From Alloascoidea hylecoeti (Eukaryota), in NCBI GenBank assembly GCA_001600815.1, contig BCKZ01000024.1, positions 186,001 through 243,173 of the forward strand: a stretch of DNA of 57,173 nucleotides, in the 5' to 3' direction. Positions within the stretch are counted from its first letter, which is position 1. Every line of letters begins with the position of its first letter. Under the pieces are notes generated by a model, which saw nothing but the letters and a program-made list of their open reading frames with translations, made no database searches and was not told the origin of the DNA. The translations under genes were made by a program, and so were the position numbers. Below are positions 11,953 through 25,168 of this stretch, piece by piece.

Positions 11953-13104
11953 CTACATATCCAAGATCTCTCTATAAAGCATTCCTTTCAACTCTTCGCT
12001 ACTAACACTGTTCTTGAGTTTATCAATTGAGAAAACACCTTCTTCCAATGGTGCTTGCTCTCTAAGATCACCTTCCTCATAGTATTGTTCTAAATATGGG
12101 TGTTGCAATGCTTCGTCAACTGCAATTCTTTTCGCTGGATCAAAGGCAAGCATTCTTCCAACCAAATCAATTGCCTTGGGGTTCCCTCCACGGAATATCA
12201 TCCCCAATGGCTTCTTCGAGCAAAAAGGAAGACTATTAATAAATGCTTTTGCTCTTCCGTTTTTGATGCTCTCAAAATCATGTCCAGTTGGCGTCCCTAA
12301 AATATCCATAATTCTTATTAATTGATCTTGATAATCCGTACCTGGAAATAATGCTTCACCTGTTAACATTTCTGCTAATATACATCCAACAGACCAAATA
12401 TCAATAGCACATGTATATTGTGATACATTCAACATAATTTCGGGTGCACGGTACCATCTTGTAGCAACATATTCTGTTAAAAATCCAATGTTCGATGTAG
12501 ATTCATCACTATTATTATCATCGTTATTACCTTCTCTTGCTAATCCAAAATCACAAATTTTCAAATCACAATTTTCATTGATTAGAATATTTGAAGGTTT
12601 TAAATCTCTATGAATAACGTTAACTGAATGTAAAGCTTTTAAGCCTTTTAAAATTTGATATGTAAAATATTCTAAATGTTCTTCTGTTAATTTTCTATAT
12701 TGAATTAATTTATTTAGATCTGTCATCATTAATTCTTGTATGATATAAACATCTTTAAAATTTTCATAATTCTTTGGTTTTTGAATATCTAAAATATTTA
12801 TAATATTTTCATGATTATTGAAATGCTTTAATAATTTAATTTCTCTTAATGTTCTAATTGTTGTTAAAGTTCTATCAAATGGTGATATTTTTTTAATTGC
12901 AACTTTTTGTCCTGTTACTTTATTAGTTGCACTTATAACAATACCATATGATCCTTCACCAATAATCTTTTCAACTTTATAATCACTTGAAATATTAAAT
13001 GTGATCTTTCGACTTGGAGGTGTATTAATTGATGGTTGTGCCGCGTGCTGATATGAATGACGAGAGTATGCCTGAGATGAAGGGTGATTATAGTAAGTTG
13101 TCAT
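11953..13104 (-). CDS. MAP kinase, Fus3/Kss1 (Cek) family
   Basis: Motifs GEGSYG, VAIKKI, RTLREIKLL, HRDLKPSN and TEYVATRWYRAPEIML (TEY activation motif). Confidence 0.9.
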   Translation of the reverse strand: MTTYYNHPSSQAYSRHSYQHAAQPSINTPPSRKITFNISSDYKVEKIIGEGSYGIVISATNKVTGQKVAIKKISPFDRTLTTIRTLREIKLLKHFNNHENIINILDIQKPKNYENFKDVYIIQELMMTDLNKLIQYRKLTEEHLEYFTYQILKGLKALHSVNVIHRDLKPSNILINENCDLKICDFGLAREGNNDDNNSDESTSNIGFLTEYVATRWYRAPEIMLNVSQYTCAIDIWSVGCILAEMLTGEALFPGTDYQDQLIRIMDILGTPTGHDFESIKNGRAKAFINSLPFCSKKPLGMIFRGGNPKAIDLVGRMLAFDPAKRIAVDEALQHPYLEQYYEEGDLREQAPLEEGVFSIDKLKNSVSSEELKGMLYREILDM

Positions 13105-14690
13105 GATGAAAAAACAGTAATTATTAGAATTAAAATATATTAAGGGAAAGATAGATCAATAAGATGAAGAATGGATAAATAAACGAAAATTCATCATCGA
13201 GAATATATCATATCTTTTATATGTAAATCAATTAACAAGGTTTTCTTGCTAAACATTTCAGATTTAGGATATACCTATGCATGTAGTTTCATGTGCTTCA
13301 ATTTTATATTCCAAATAGGAAACATCCGACAACTGAATCAAACAATTAACGTTATTGTATTATTTCTGTAACACATAATAACACAACACTACAAATACAA
13401 TGTTTAAACCTAAAACTTATGATCATCATTAATTTCTTAAGATATATATTTATTTATATATCTATATGTTCATATATTGTTTTATGTTTAATATATCGAT
13501 ATCTATAGATGTCCGAAATAAATTTCCTGTACATGGTTTATTTAGCTATAGGGTTTTGTCACCTTAAGCTTTTATATAATAAAACATTATAAGATATAGT
13601 AATAAGAGAGTTATGGAATTTATTCCATATATACTAGTGAGATATTCAAGCTTCGATCAAGCTATATTAATATGCATACGTATATTTTTAATTATAACGC
13701 TCAAGATTTAAATATTCAGATTTTAACTACAGCTAGCGCATCTGTTTGACTCTGTTCCACGTTGAAACATGGGCACACGTAAATATATTCTTATTAATGG
13801 TCAAACACAATTCACGATCGATGATATTATGATCATGATACTATGTCTTCGCGCAATTAAATCGTATTATTGGTGTATTTATTCATCACATATGATCATA
13901 CGCGTGTTTGACAACTAAGTTGTTTATTATTTATTGGCTTCCTAATTGGGGCTTGAAGGGGATGGGAGAAATTTCAAAAAGACTAATTATAGATTAATAG
14001 TACCAATCGGATGTACTCAATTAATTCTTCTTATAAACTCTTTACCATTTGTTTTAATTTCATCATGTGCTTATATTATTTAACCGGACATATTTGCATA
14101 CATAAAATCTTATGGGGATATGAATACACATCGAAGGACAATGTTGAACTATACTAAATTACCAATACCTGATATATAGACCTATAATATATTTTGATTC
14201 TTTTGTTATCCCAGTATACATGTGTATAAAGAGGAACAATTATATTGTTTCATATATTATGTAACATTTAAATAGATTATAAAATATGCAGTGCAATTGT
14301 AGTATAAACTTGAAACTGCAGGTACGATTTTTGGATAGAGTTGGGACCAACAGAAATATCTGAGACATACCCAAGTAAAAGACATAAATACGAGGTTAAC
14401 TATTAGATACGAAAGCTGATTTACAATTTTCATTGTTTGACAATCACGATAAAACAACTACGGTACTTCAACTCTTATATTGTTAATTATAAGCTTCAGA
14501 TATTGTCTAATGATGGTTTTAATTTACCATAATAAATTAGATGCACGCTATTAGTTTTCCGTTAATGCTACTACATGTAATTGGAAATGTGTTCATTTTT
14601 GTACTATATTATGCAGATTCAATGAAGAAATTTTTTTTTATATATATATCAATAAATTTACTAATTATACAAAATTAATGATAATCAAAT

Positions 14691-15201
14691 TTAATTAAGG
14701 GAAGATAAGATATCAGAATCACCGGCTTCAATAATAGCCAAGACACCAACGCTGAAGAATTTACCACAAGCAGTACCTAATTCATTGTTACCACCTTGGA
14801 AATAATGGACATTTGTTTTTGACAACATGGCGTAGTATTCCAATTCTGATTTTCTCAATGTTGGAGTGTTTTGAGCAATGATGATCAATTTAGCTTTACC
14901 TTGACGGAGTGATTTGACGGTACTTTTATAACCAAGGGTATATTTACCAGACTTGATAACAAGACCAAGTTTGGAATTGATGTTTTCTTGATTCTTCTTA
15001 ACTTTTGGGGCCTAGATAGAAATTATCTGTTAGCATTAAGGAAATTTGGAATACCTACACAATCAGCGATAGATTCTAATTTTTCTCTTTTTTAAAATTC
15101 TCTTAATCTATTGAAAAAGACAAAGTCTAGTATCGTTTGAGAATAAAAATGAAAAAAACCTAAATCTTGCGATCATGAAAATAAATATAAGAACTAACCA
15201 T
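14691..15201 (-). CDS. RPL30: 60S ribosomal protein eL30. Exons 15201..15199 (ATG only), 15011..14691
   Basis: ATG|GTTAGT intron, then [30 protein letters not shown]...LGTACGK. Confidence 0.97.
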
Positions 15202-15256
15202 CTCTGCGCTGTTTTCAATTAAACGATATTTATATTTTTTTAAGTAAGCACTCCGG
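15198..15256 (-). promoter_or_regulatory. L30-binding kink-turn autoregulatory RNA element in RPL30 exon 1 / 5' splice site
   Basis: The minus strand has CCGGAGUGCU (15256..15247) and AGCGCAGAGAUGG (15210..15198), matching the S. cerevisiae element CCGGAGUG...CGCAGAGAUGG. Confidence 0.85.
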
Positions 15257-15507
15257 AGTGTAACAGTGAAGAAGTTATATCGTCGAAATAATAATACTCG
15301 AATATATTACCCGGACACGGTTTACTACTATATTTCACGTGTTCTGAGAAATACATACATGCAGATATATACGCTAACATTATTTGGATTTAACAGTCAC
15401 ATTTATCCTATTCGGGTAGGCTAGAGGCGGGTAACCCACTCACTTTGCAACCTCGAGATAGAAGCACCAAAGCTCGTTTTCCAACAACAATATTATACAA
15501 CAAAAAG
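15257..15507. promoter_or_regulatory. Shared divergent RPL30/RPL24 promoter
   Basis: TTACCCG 15307-15313, CACGTG 15336-15341, HomolD CAGTCACA 15394-15401, GGGTAGGCTA near 15414 and CGGGTAA 15428-15434. Confidence 0.6.
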
Positions 15508-15863
15508 GTATGCCTCAACAAAATATAATTTTAAAATTCACTGAGTATTCTGTTTGGATGTGATTGGAGGAGACATTTGCTTGTGGTATTTGGTTCAACT
15601 TACTATTTTATTTATTCCTACCTGCGGGATTTATAGTAATCAAAGAATGGCCTTCGTATAATTATAGGAGAAAGGGAATTATATTGATATAAATCGGATT
15701 GCGATACATTAATAATGATGGTTTCGATTTTTTTATACCAAGATTAATATTATAACTATTACTACAACATTATTGCTCCTCCTTTTCATTTACGGAAGTC
15801 TCAACCCTCACTAAAATATCTAAATCACAATAATATATCAACAATCTAACATTTTATTAATAG
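15508..15863 (+). other. 5'-UTR intron of RPL24
   Basis: GTATGC donor at 15508, CTAAC branch point, and TAG acceptor ending at 15863, 4 nt before the ATG. Confidence 0.7.
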
Positions 15864-15867
15864 AACA

Positions 15868-16392
15868 ATGAAGGTTGAAATTGATTCATTTTCAGGTGCT
15901 AAGATCTACCCAGGAAAAGTAAGTAATGATGCTTACAAGTTTCCATCATATCATATTCTAACCTATGTATTTTGATAGGGTAAACTCTACGTTAGAGGTG
16001 ACTCCAAGATTTTCAGATTCCAATCTTCTAAATCTGCTTCTCTATTCCTCCAGAGAAAGAACCCAAGACGAATTTCCTGGACTGTTCTATACAGGAGACA
16101 ACACCGCAAGGGTATTACTGAGGAAGTCGCCAAGAAGCGTTCAAGAAAGACCGTAAAACGCCAACGTGCCATTGTTGGTGCTTCTCTTGAATTGATCAAG
16201 GAACGTCGTTCAATTAGACCAGAAGTCCGTAAATCTCAACGTGAAGCCGCTGCTAAGGTCGAGAAGGATAAGAAGAAGGCCCACAAAGCTAACAAGAAGG
16301 CTGAAAAAGCTAAAGCTTCTGCCGGAGGTTCTAAAGTCAGCAAGCAACAAGCTAAAGGTGCTTTCCAGAAAGTTCATGCTACATCCCGTTAA
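15868..16392 (+). CDS. RPL24: 60S ribosomal protein eL24. Exons 15868..15918, 15979..16392
   Basis: MKVEIDSFSGAKIYPGK|GKLYVRGDSKIFRFQSSKSASLFLQRKNPRRISWT...KVHATSR. Confidence 0.97.
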
Positions 16393-16878
16393 ATTCCCTA
16401 TTTACTTTCTATTGATAAATACTAGTTTAATATTTAGTAACCATTAATGGAATTTGGTAAACACTCTCAACTAATCATAATTTATTACTGTACTGTAGCA
16501 TATATTTTCTCATGATTTATATCTATTAATTAACTCAATGTACCAAAATATCTCCTATATATTTAAAAGGTAATGTGCCGAATTATAAGAATGTCATGAT
16601 CAATTATACCAATATTAGACCATGTATGTAATTAAAAAATAATCATCCACAGATCATTCTTCGACAGTAATTAAGAACGTAACGTCCTCGCCGTAAGATT
16701 TAGAAATGAAGATCAGCATTTAATTAAATCAATAATTGGAAAATATAGAATAATTTTTCAGGTTTTAAAGTTGTTGTTCCACAAACACCCAAAGCACTTC
16801 ATATTTTGTGAGTTTGTTTACACATTTCCCTATCTCATTAAACAAATCAGGAATCTCAACGATTTCGTTTGTACTACT

Positions 16879-19800
16879 ATGGCTGACGAAGAAGACTATT
16901 CACAGCTCCCTGTCACAGAAAGGTTAATACATAAGGTAAGAATATTTCTATCATTCAGATATTGTATCTCTTGTTCTTTAAAAATCTTGGGTTTGCTTAT
17001 GGATCTACAACCCCTTATTTTTATTTCATTTTAATCTCTATATTTACTGACCAACCCTTTTTTTCTTTTTTGAACACTTGTAGAAATGGAAAGTGAGGTT
17101 AGAAGCCTATGAGGAAATCACAAAGTCATTTGCAACTTCACCGGATGAAAATGCACCATGTTTCCAACCATTTCTAAATAGTCCTGATCTTTTTCGGAAA
17201 ATCGTTACAGATTCTAATGTTGTTGCACAAGAACATGGTATAACGGCTTTAAATACCTTCCTAGAATTTGGGGGTATTAACGCGTGTTTGCGACTAAGAA
17301 ACACGGTTTTAACACCGATGATTGAAAAGGCTATTGGACAAACAAGGGCAGGTACAAAACAGAAAACACTTGATGCATTATGCTGGTTCATTGAATTAGA
17401 TAGTCCTGACCCGGTGGTTGAAGATTTGATTCCATTCTTAACCCATAAAACCCCTAAATTAGTAGTTGCTACCACCCATGCTTTAGTTGAAATCTTTAAA
17501 CTATTTGGAGCGAAAACTGTATCACCAAAACCTATTATACCTATTATACCAAAATTATTTGGTCATGCCGATAAAAATGTCCGTGCTCAGGCCAGTGAAT
17601 TAACTGTTGAGCTGTATAAATGGATGGGTTCTGCTATAGAAACGATAATTTTTCCTGATTTGAAACCTGTTCAACAAAAGGATTTACAGTCTGCATTCGA
17701 GAAAGTAAAAGATGAAACTCCACATCAACAACGATTCTTAAGATCACAGCAAGCAGCGCAAGAATCGAACGGTTATGGAGATGATCCAATGGATATAGAT
17801 GAAGAAGAACCAGAAATTGATGCTTTTGATATGCTAGAAGCTGTTGATATTCTTTCAAAGATACCCGATGATTTTTATAAAAATATGGGATCATCTAAAT
17901 GGAAAGAAAGAAAAGAAGCATTAGAAGGTGTCGAAAAAATTGTTAATACTCCAAAAATTGCAGATGGTGATTATACAGAATTAGTAAGAACCTTGGCGAA
18001 GTGTATGAAAGATGCAAATGTTCAAGTTTTAACAATAGCTGCAAATTGCATAACATTTTTAGGTACTGGTTTAAGAACATCATTTTCGAAATACCAAGCA
18101 ATATTATTAGACCCTATTCTTGAGAGAACAAAAGAAAAGAAGGCCTCAGTTGCAGAAGCTTTAAGATCTGCCCTTGATTCTTTATTTCAATGCACTTCTT
18201 TATCTGAAATTTTGGAACCAACAGTTGCACATTTAAATCATAAAACACCAAATATTAAACTTGAATCCGCCCATTTCCTTACTAGATGCTTGAAAGAAAC
18301 AAAAGAGGCCCCATCGCCAGCTGAGGTTGAGCAAATTATGGTACCCGCTATTAAGTTAATTGCTGATACTCAAGAAGTTGTTAGGACGGCTACTGCTGAA
18401 ACCATTGGCACATTAATGAAAATAACAGGTGAGAGAGCAATGACACCATATATGGAGAAGATAGATGAAAAAAGACAAGTGAAAATTAAAGAATTTTTTG
18501 AATCTGCTGTAGTAAAAGCAAAACCACGAAAACCACCTCAGCCAAAGGCGAAAGCCCCACCTAGTCGAGGTCAAGCTAGCAATAAACGTCAATCTACACA
18601 AGCGCCAAAGGCAGCACCTAAATCAGCACCAGGAGCAGGTACGAGAAAACTAGTGAAACCTGGAGTGAGACCTGGCTCAAGAATAGCTGCTAGACCACAG
18701 TCAAGAAGTAGCACAGCTAGCGATGAACAACCAACGTCAAACGGAACCGCGGCACGACCTAAATCAAAAATAGGTATTACTTCAGCTTTAAAAAAAAGGG
18801 TCTCTTTAGCCCCTCCCAAGAGACCTAGTCCACCCTCTCCTGCCCCTGATGTTGTTGAACCACAATATGAAGAGCCTGAACAGCCTGTTTCACCTAGACC
18901 CACTTTTGCCAAAGGGACTGTCATACGTGGACCTGCTGTACAAACCCCAATTACACCACCATCATCGGCAGATTCTATGTTAAGTATACAAGAAAAAGCA
19001 GAATTTGAAGCATTAAAAGCACAGATGGCAGAATTTGAGGCGCTTAAAATTGAAAAAATGGGATGGGATAAAGAAAAAGAAAAATTAGAATGGCTGAAAC
19101 AGGATTTAAAAGAGGAAAAGACTAAATTATACCAAGAAATAACTACGTTACAGGTCCAAAATAGTAAATTAATTGAGGATCATACAAGAACTGCTGTTTT
19201 AGTGAAATCGAAGGAAACCCAATTAATGAAATCTGAATCTGATGTTCAATTTGCAAAAGGTAAGATTTTAAAGTTAGAGCAGGAAGTAGAATCATTAAAA
19301 CAACAATTAGAACAACAAAAACAAGAATTGGAAAAATTAAGAACATCATCACGCCCATCCAATAGAAATCTATCCCCACCCCAAGCACCCTCTAATGGCT
19401 CATCTAATGATATCAGTTCTCGACGATCGCCATTACGGCCTGCGTCTAGCAGACGGGAACCTGCAGCGGCACCTGTAAGTAGAAGAGCAGGAAATACTTC
19501 CAGAAATAGACCCTACTCTATTATTGGGGTATCCGGCGGATCTCGATCTCAATTTGATCTTGAATCACGTTTAGGAAACTTATCTATGGAGACAGAAGAG
19601 GATTATCCCATGACTGATACTTATCAACCACCAACTCGAACAATGTCCATGATGAGATCTTCAGGGTATTCGAACGGACGACAAGGAGTTCTTAATAGTA
19701 ATAACAATAATATTAATGGCCAACCTATATCATCAGCACCAATGCGAATGAGTTCTTTACGTGATCCGGCTGCTGGTGCAGACAATTGGAGACGAGCTTC

Positions 19801-19894
19801 AGAGGTAACTAGTCAGTTGAAGGCTAGAATTGAAAATATGAAGGCACGATCAATGAAAGCACAACAAACAAAAAATAATTTATATGGTCCATAA
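16879..19894 (+). CDS. STU2: XMAP215/Dis1 microtubule polymerase with two TOG domains. Exons 16879..16935, 17084..19894
   Basis: MADEEDYSQLP..HK|KWKVRLEAYE, DSNVVAQE and SKWKERKEALE, followed by a basic linker and coiled coil. Confidence 0.92.
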
Positions 19895-20399
19895 TTCGAT
19901 ATAAAATTTTTCTTTAACCATTTAAGAAACTGATATATTATTATATATTGGTTTAGAATCCGGAGGGATGAAAATCACACAAATCTCATTAATACTAATT
20001 ATTTATATTAATATTATATATATTATACTTGTGCATCTATAAATATATATATATAAATAAAATGTTTTGTTTTCTCTACTCTGTTGCTACAGCTGGGAAT
20101 ACTCTTCCTTTGATGTTAGTGTTAATTATTATAATGGCGTTGCTTTTTTAAACTGGGTCTGTTACCCGTCAGTACTACTCTTATAATTTGTACTCCCCAT
20201 TTTAAAAACATCACACATTTCATCAAACAATTTTATAATTAGCTAACACATTACTTCAAGCTATTAATATTGCTGTCCTAGATTAATTTAACTTGCTTGG
20301 TATTAACAGAGTACTGTGTTCACTATACCTTGAAATTTTGAACCTGTTATAGGTTGTTGTTTTTACTCAATATTTTGATTATTTTTGTCCACACCAAAA

Positions 20400-23300
20400 A
20401 TGTCTTATAATAGCGCTGATGATGACTCGGAGATAAGAGACCATATTTCTGATAATGATGAAAGGGATAGTGGTCGTAACAATGACACGGATGACTCCTC
20501 GGAAGAAGAGGAAGAAGATGAAGAGCAACTACAAGCTGTATGTGTATTTTTCACATTTTTCATACACTTCCATATTAACTTAATTTTTCGATTAGGTACG
20601 CGATGGGTTCATTGTTGACGATGATGAAGAGGATGACGAGGATGAACATGAAGCTCCTAAGAAAAAACATCGAAAGAAGAAGAAGAAGAAGAGAAGAAGA
20701 GAATCTGCGGAAGAACCAAGAGTCGATCCTAGAAATGAGCTTGATGAGGATGATTTGGACCTTCTTATTGAAAACACAGGTGGAAGAGTTGATCACGATG
20801 TGAAAGTATGTTGTAAAGCGCGATATTGTTTTCCTAATATTTATATTATGTTACTAATGATTAATCAAACAGCGAAAATTCAAACGTTTAAAGCGTGCCG
20901 AACAGGAATCGGAGACTAAACACAGAGGCCTTGATGATATATTTTCTGATGACAACGAAGAAGACGATAATAGGGCCGAGAAAGCTAGACATGGACGTGC
21001 TATTATGGATGAATTTGCAGGTTTTATTGAAGAAGATGAATTTTCAGATGACGACGGAGAAAGAGAAGAAGAAGAAATTCGCCGTAGAGAACAAAAAATG
21101 CGCTCGGGAATACTAAGCAGCCAGTTTGGAAATATTGACAATGATAAATTAGGAGAACTATACGATATTTTTGGTGATGGTGAGGAATATCTTTGGGCAT
21201 TAAATGTCGAAAATAGTGGAGACTACGGAGAGGAAGCAATAGACGAAGACAATGAGAATAATGCACCTGCTTTACAAGATGTGTTTGAACCGAGTGAATT
21301 AAAAGAGCGAATGCTTACAGAAGAAGATAACACTATTAGAGTGCTAGATGTTCCAGAACGATATCAGGCTCTACGGGCTTCTTTCAAAGATGGCTATAAT
21401 CTAACCCCAGAGGAATTTGAGGAAGAACAAGAATGGGTAGCTTCTACTTTTATACGCGAGAGGAATTTTACTCATGACTCTCTTGACCTAAAGCAGCCAA
21501 CGTTTGAAGCTTGTAAAATAATTCTTGACTTTTTGATTCAAAAGAAATTGGAAGTTCCCTTTATTTGGTACCACCGTCGAGATTATACGATGCTTTTAAA
21601 AGGGGAAGATTCACCCATTACTTTACTTGAATGTAGTGATTTATGGAGGCTTTTACAATTAGATATTGAATACCATGCTGTCTTGGAGAAACGCAGAACA
21701 GTTGAGAAACTTTACAAATCAATTGAGAAAGAAGATGAAATTTATGTTGAAGAAAATGTTGTTTCTGGTGATATATTATCGTTTCAAGATTTATTTGATT
21801 ATTTACAGTTTCAATACTCTGGTCTCTTAAGAACACTAAATGATCAAAATTCTAAGAGACACAGTAGATTTGGTTTATTTGAAAGAATCCGTAATGATAA
21901 ACTCTATAATTTGGTTAGAGCTATTGGCATAACAGCAAATGAGGTTGCTGAAAATATATCTTCTGGATTTACTAAAAATCATCTTACTGATGCTGAAAAA
22001 ACGCCAACTGAGATGATCGATGAAATTTCTGAATCCGAAGATACTATGTTTCACAAGACAGAACAAGCAGTTGATGCTGTAAAACAGATGTTTGCAGAAG
22101 AATTGTTTCACAACCCTAAAATACGCCGTTCGATCAGATCCCTTTACGATAGTAATAGTGTTGTCAGTATTACCCTAACTGAAAAAGGCCGTAACAAAAT
22201 CGATGAAAAGTCCCCTTATTTTAACTTCAAATATGCTGCTAATCTTAGCTTCGAAATTTTGCGCGGTCACCCAGAGCAATATTTAAAAATGCTTGAGGCA
22301 GAATATAAGGGTCTAGTAATAGTGATTGTTCATTTACCAAAAGGTATGAATTTGGAAGATATTTTTTCTAAAGCAATTACCTCTGATAACCGTGGGCTTG
22401 TGCCGGATTCTTGGAATAAACTTCGAACTGGATCTTTCCAGATTTCACAGAAGAAACTTGAAAGCTTGATGTCTCGAAACATCAAGGAAGACTTGAAACG
22501 AGTCTGCGAAAGACAGTTGTTGTTTGACGTAAGAAAAGCTGTTACAGAGAAAATATCCCATGCACCATTCAAACCTGCTGGATACAAATTAGGTACAGTT
22601 CCACGGGTACTTTCTATTTCTTCTGGATTTGGTGACTTTCAGAAAGATGCAGTATTGTCTACTTTCATTGATGAAGACTATAATGTTCTTGAGCATATTA
22701 AATTTGACGATGATCCAAAAACTGGTGAATTTCGAAAAGCTTTTGTTGAGTTAGTGAATAGAAGAAAACCAGATGTTATTGGAATTTCAGGATTTAACAT
22801 TAATGCAAACAGACTACATGGTATTATAAGTGAGATTATTACTGAGGAGGAATTAAAGGTTCACCCTGAACATGAAAATGAAGCTCCAATTCCACTTGTA
22901 TGGGTACAAGACGAGATTGCAAGATTATTCCAGAACTCAGATAGAGCAATTTCAGAATTTCCGGGTCAGCCAGTACTAGGACGATATTGTGTTGCATTGG
23001 CTAGATATCTTCAATCTCCATTATTGGAGTATGCCAATATCGGGCATGAAATAGTTAACATTAATTTCCATCCAAATCAGGCATTGTTAAATCCCCAAAA
23101 ACTGCAGGAAGCAATTGAGACAGTTTTAGTCGATATAGTGAATACGGTCGGTATTGATATAAATAGAGCGGTCAAATCTTCATATCATGCTGCTCCTTTA
23201 CAATATGTTGCAGGTTTAGGTCCTAGAAAAGCATCTGGAATTCTTCAAGGTATCCAATCCCGTGGGTCAGTTCTCACCAGTAGAGCAGAGTTGGTCATCG

Positions 23301-24664
23301 CTCATATTACGACCAAAAATATTTTCATGAATTGCTCAAGTTTCTTATGGATCCCTTATGATAATAGATCAATTAAAAATGAAGAGACAGAAATGTTAGA
23401 TGCCACTCGGATTCACCCAGAGGACTACGAATTGGCAAGGAAGATGGCTGCGGATGCTTTAGATCTTGATGAGGAAGATCTTCTGGATGTTGAAGCTGGC
23501 AAAGGGGTCATTGCTCAACTTATCAACGATGATGCTGGAAAACTAAATGATCTAATATTATCTGGTTATAGCAAAGAGTTGTATGAAAAAATCAATATCA
23601 AGAAGCGATCAAATCTTGAGTTGATCAAAGAAGAACTTCAAAGTCATTATGAAGAAGAACGATCTCCTTATCATATTTTGTCGGAATCAGAGGTATTTAC
23701 TTTACTAACAGGGGAAACAAATGATACTTTATCAGAAGGTATGGTTGTTCCTGTTCAAATCAGAAGAATTGAAAGTAAATTTTTATCTGTTCGTCTATCG
23801 TGTATGATTGACGGGAATATTACCCAAAGAAATATGTCTGAAAACCTTCGGGACAGACATCCTTCTGTCTTATTCCATAACAATCAAACTATTTCCGCCA
23901 AAGTTCTCAGTATTGATCGCCGTGCTTTTACTGCTGAATTGAGTGCGTTGGAAAGAGAGGTTAATGATGCAAGAAGAAACACCAGAAGACAAGTTTTCAG
24001 AGATACAGGTCTGTGGGACTTTCATGCTGAGCAAGATGATCGTAATAAACAAGCTATTAAAAAACAAGCAGAGCAACGTTCAAGTCGTGTTATCAAGCAT
24101 CCTCTTTTCCGAAACTTCAGTTCTAAACAGGCCGAAAAGTTCTTGGAACATTCTGAAAGAGGAGATGTTGTTATTAGACCATCGTCTCGTGGTCTAAATC
24201 ATCTTGCAATTACCTGGAAAGTTGATAAAAACTTATATCAACATCTAGATGTTTTGGAACATGATAAGCCAAACGAGTATACAATAGGTAAAATATTAGA
24301 AGTCGATCGTAAAAAATATTCTGATCTCGACGAGCTAATACTTTATCATGTTAAATCTATGGCCAAAAAGGTGGATGAACTAGCATATTATGAAAAATCC
24401 TACTCGGATAAACAAACCCTTAAAGAAAAGATTCACCAATTCCAGAAGGCCAATCCTTCAAGAGCCTATTATGGATTTACTATTAACACTGATGCACCAG
24501 GGTATTTTTGGCTATATATTAAGCCACCTAAATCTGAAATGTTAAAATGGAACGTTAAAGTTGTTCCTGAGGGCTACAGCTTAGCAGGCAAAACTTATCC
24601 CTTGCCCCTTGATCTTTGTAATGGACTGAAATATATAATGACATCAAAAGCCAAACGCGGATAA
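20400..24664 (+). CDS. SPT6: Transcription elongation factor / histone chaperone Spt6. Exons 20400..20537, 20596..20805, 20873..24664
   Basis: Acidic N-terminus with DGFIVDD and FKRLKR, then VFEPSELKE, GLGPRKA, LDATRIHPEDY, S1 domain and tandem SH2 (HPLFRNF, IRPSSRG). Confidence 0.95.
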
Positions 24665-25168
24665 TATTCCTTCATAGGGTCACTAAAAGACTACATATAC
24701 CTGTATTTTAATTTTTTAATAAGTCGGACTGAGCAGTTATGGTAATCTAAAATAATTTGTATATAAAACACTAACTTATATACCTTATAATTAGTTATAT
24801 ACTTCGATTGACTTTAGATCAATTAGTAATAAAAGGATATCTATCCAAAACTCCCAGCTCGAGCCAGATTAAGTGGACGTCGCAAACGTAATCGTGTTCT
24901 TTAAATTTGTTGAACGTTGCAATTGTTTGAACAGCAATTGTTGAATATTAATAGAGAGTGAGGGTTGGTAAATCTATAGCCTGAATCACCTTTAATTAAA
25001 TGATGTTATTCTATATTGGGTATTTACTTTCTTTATATTAAGGAAGTCCCAGATTATAACTAATGTTATAATTATATTATCCAACACATCATCCATAACA
25101 TACTGTAGCTAGTAACCTAGTAATCTACGTCAACGGATCCTCCCTGAAATAAATAAACAGGAGGAACT

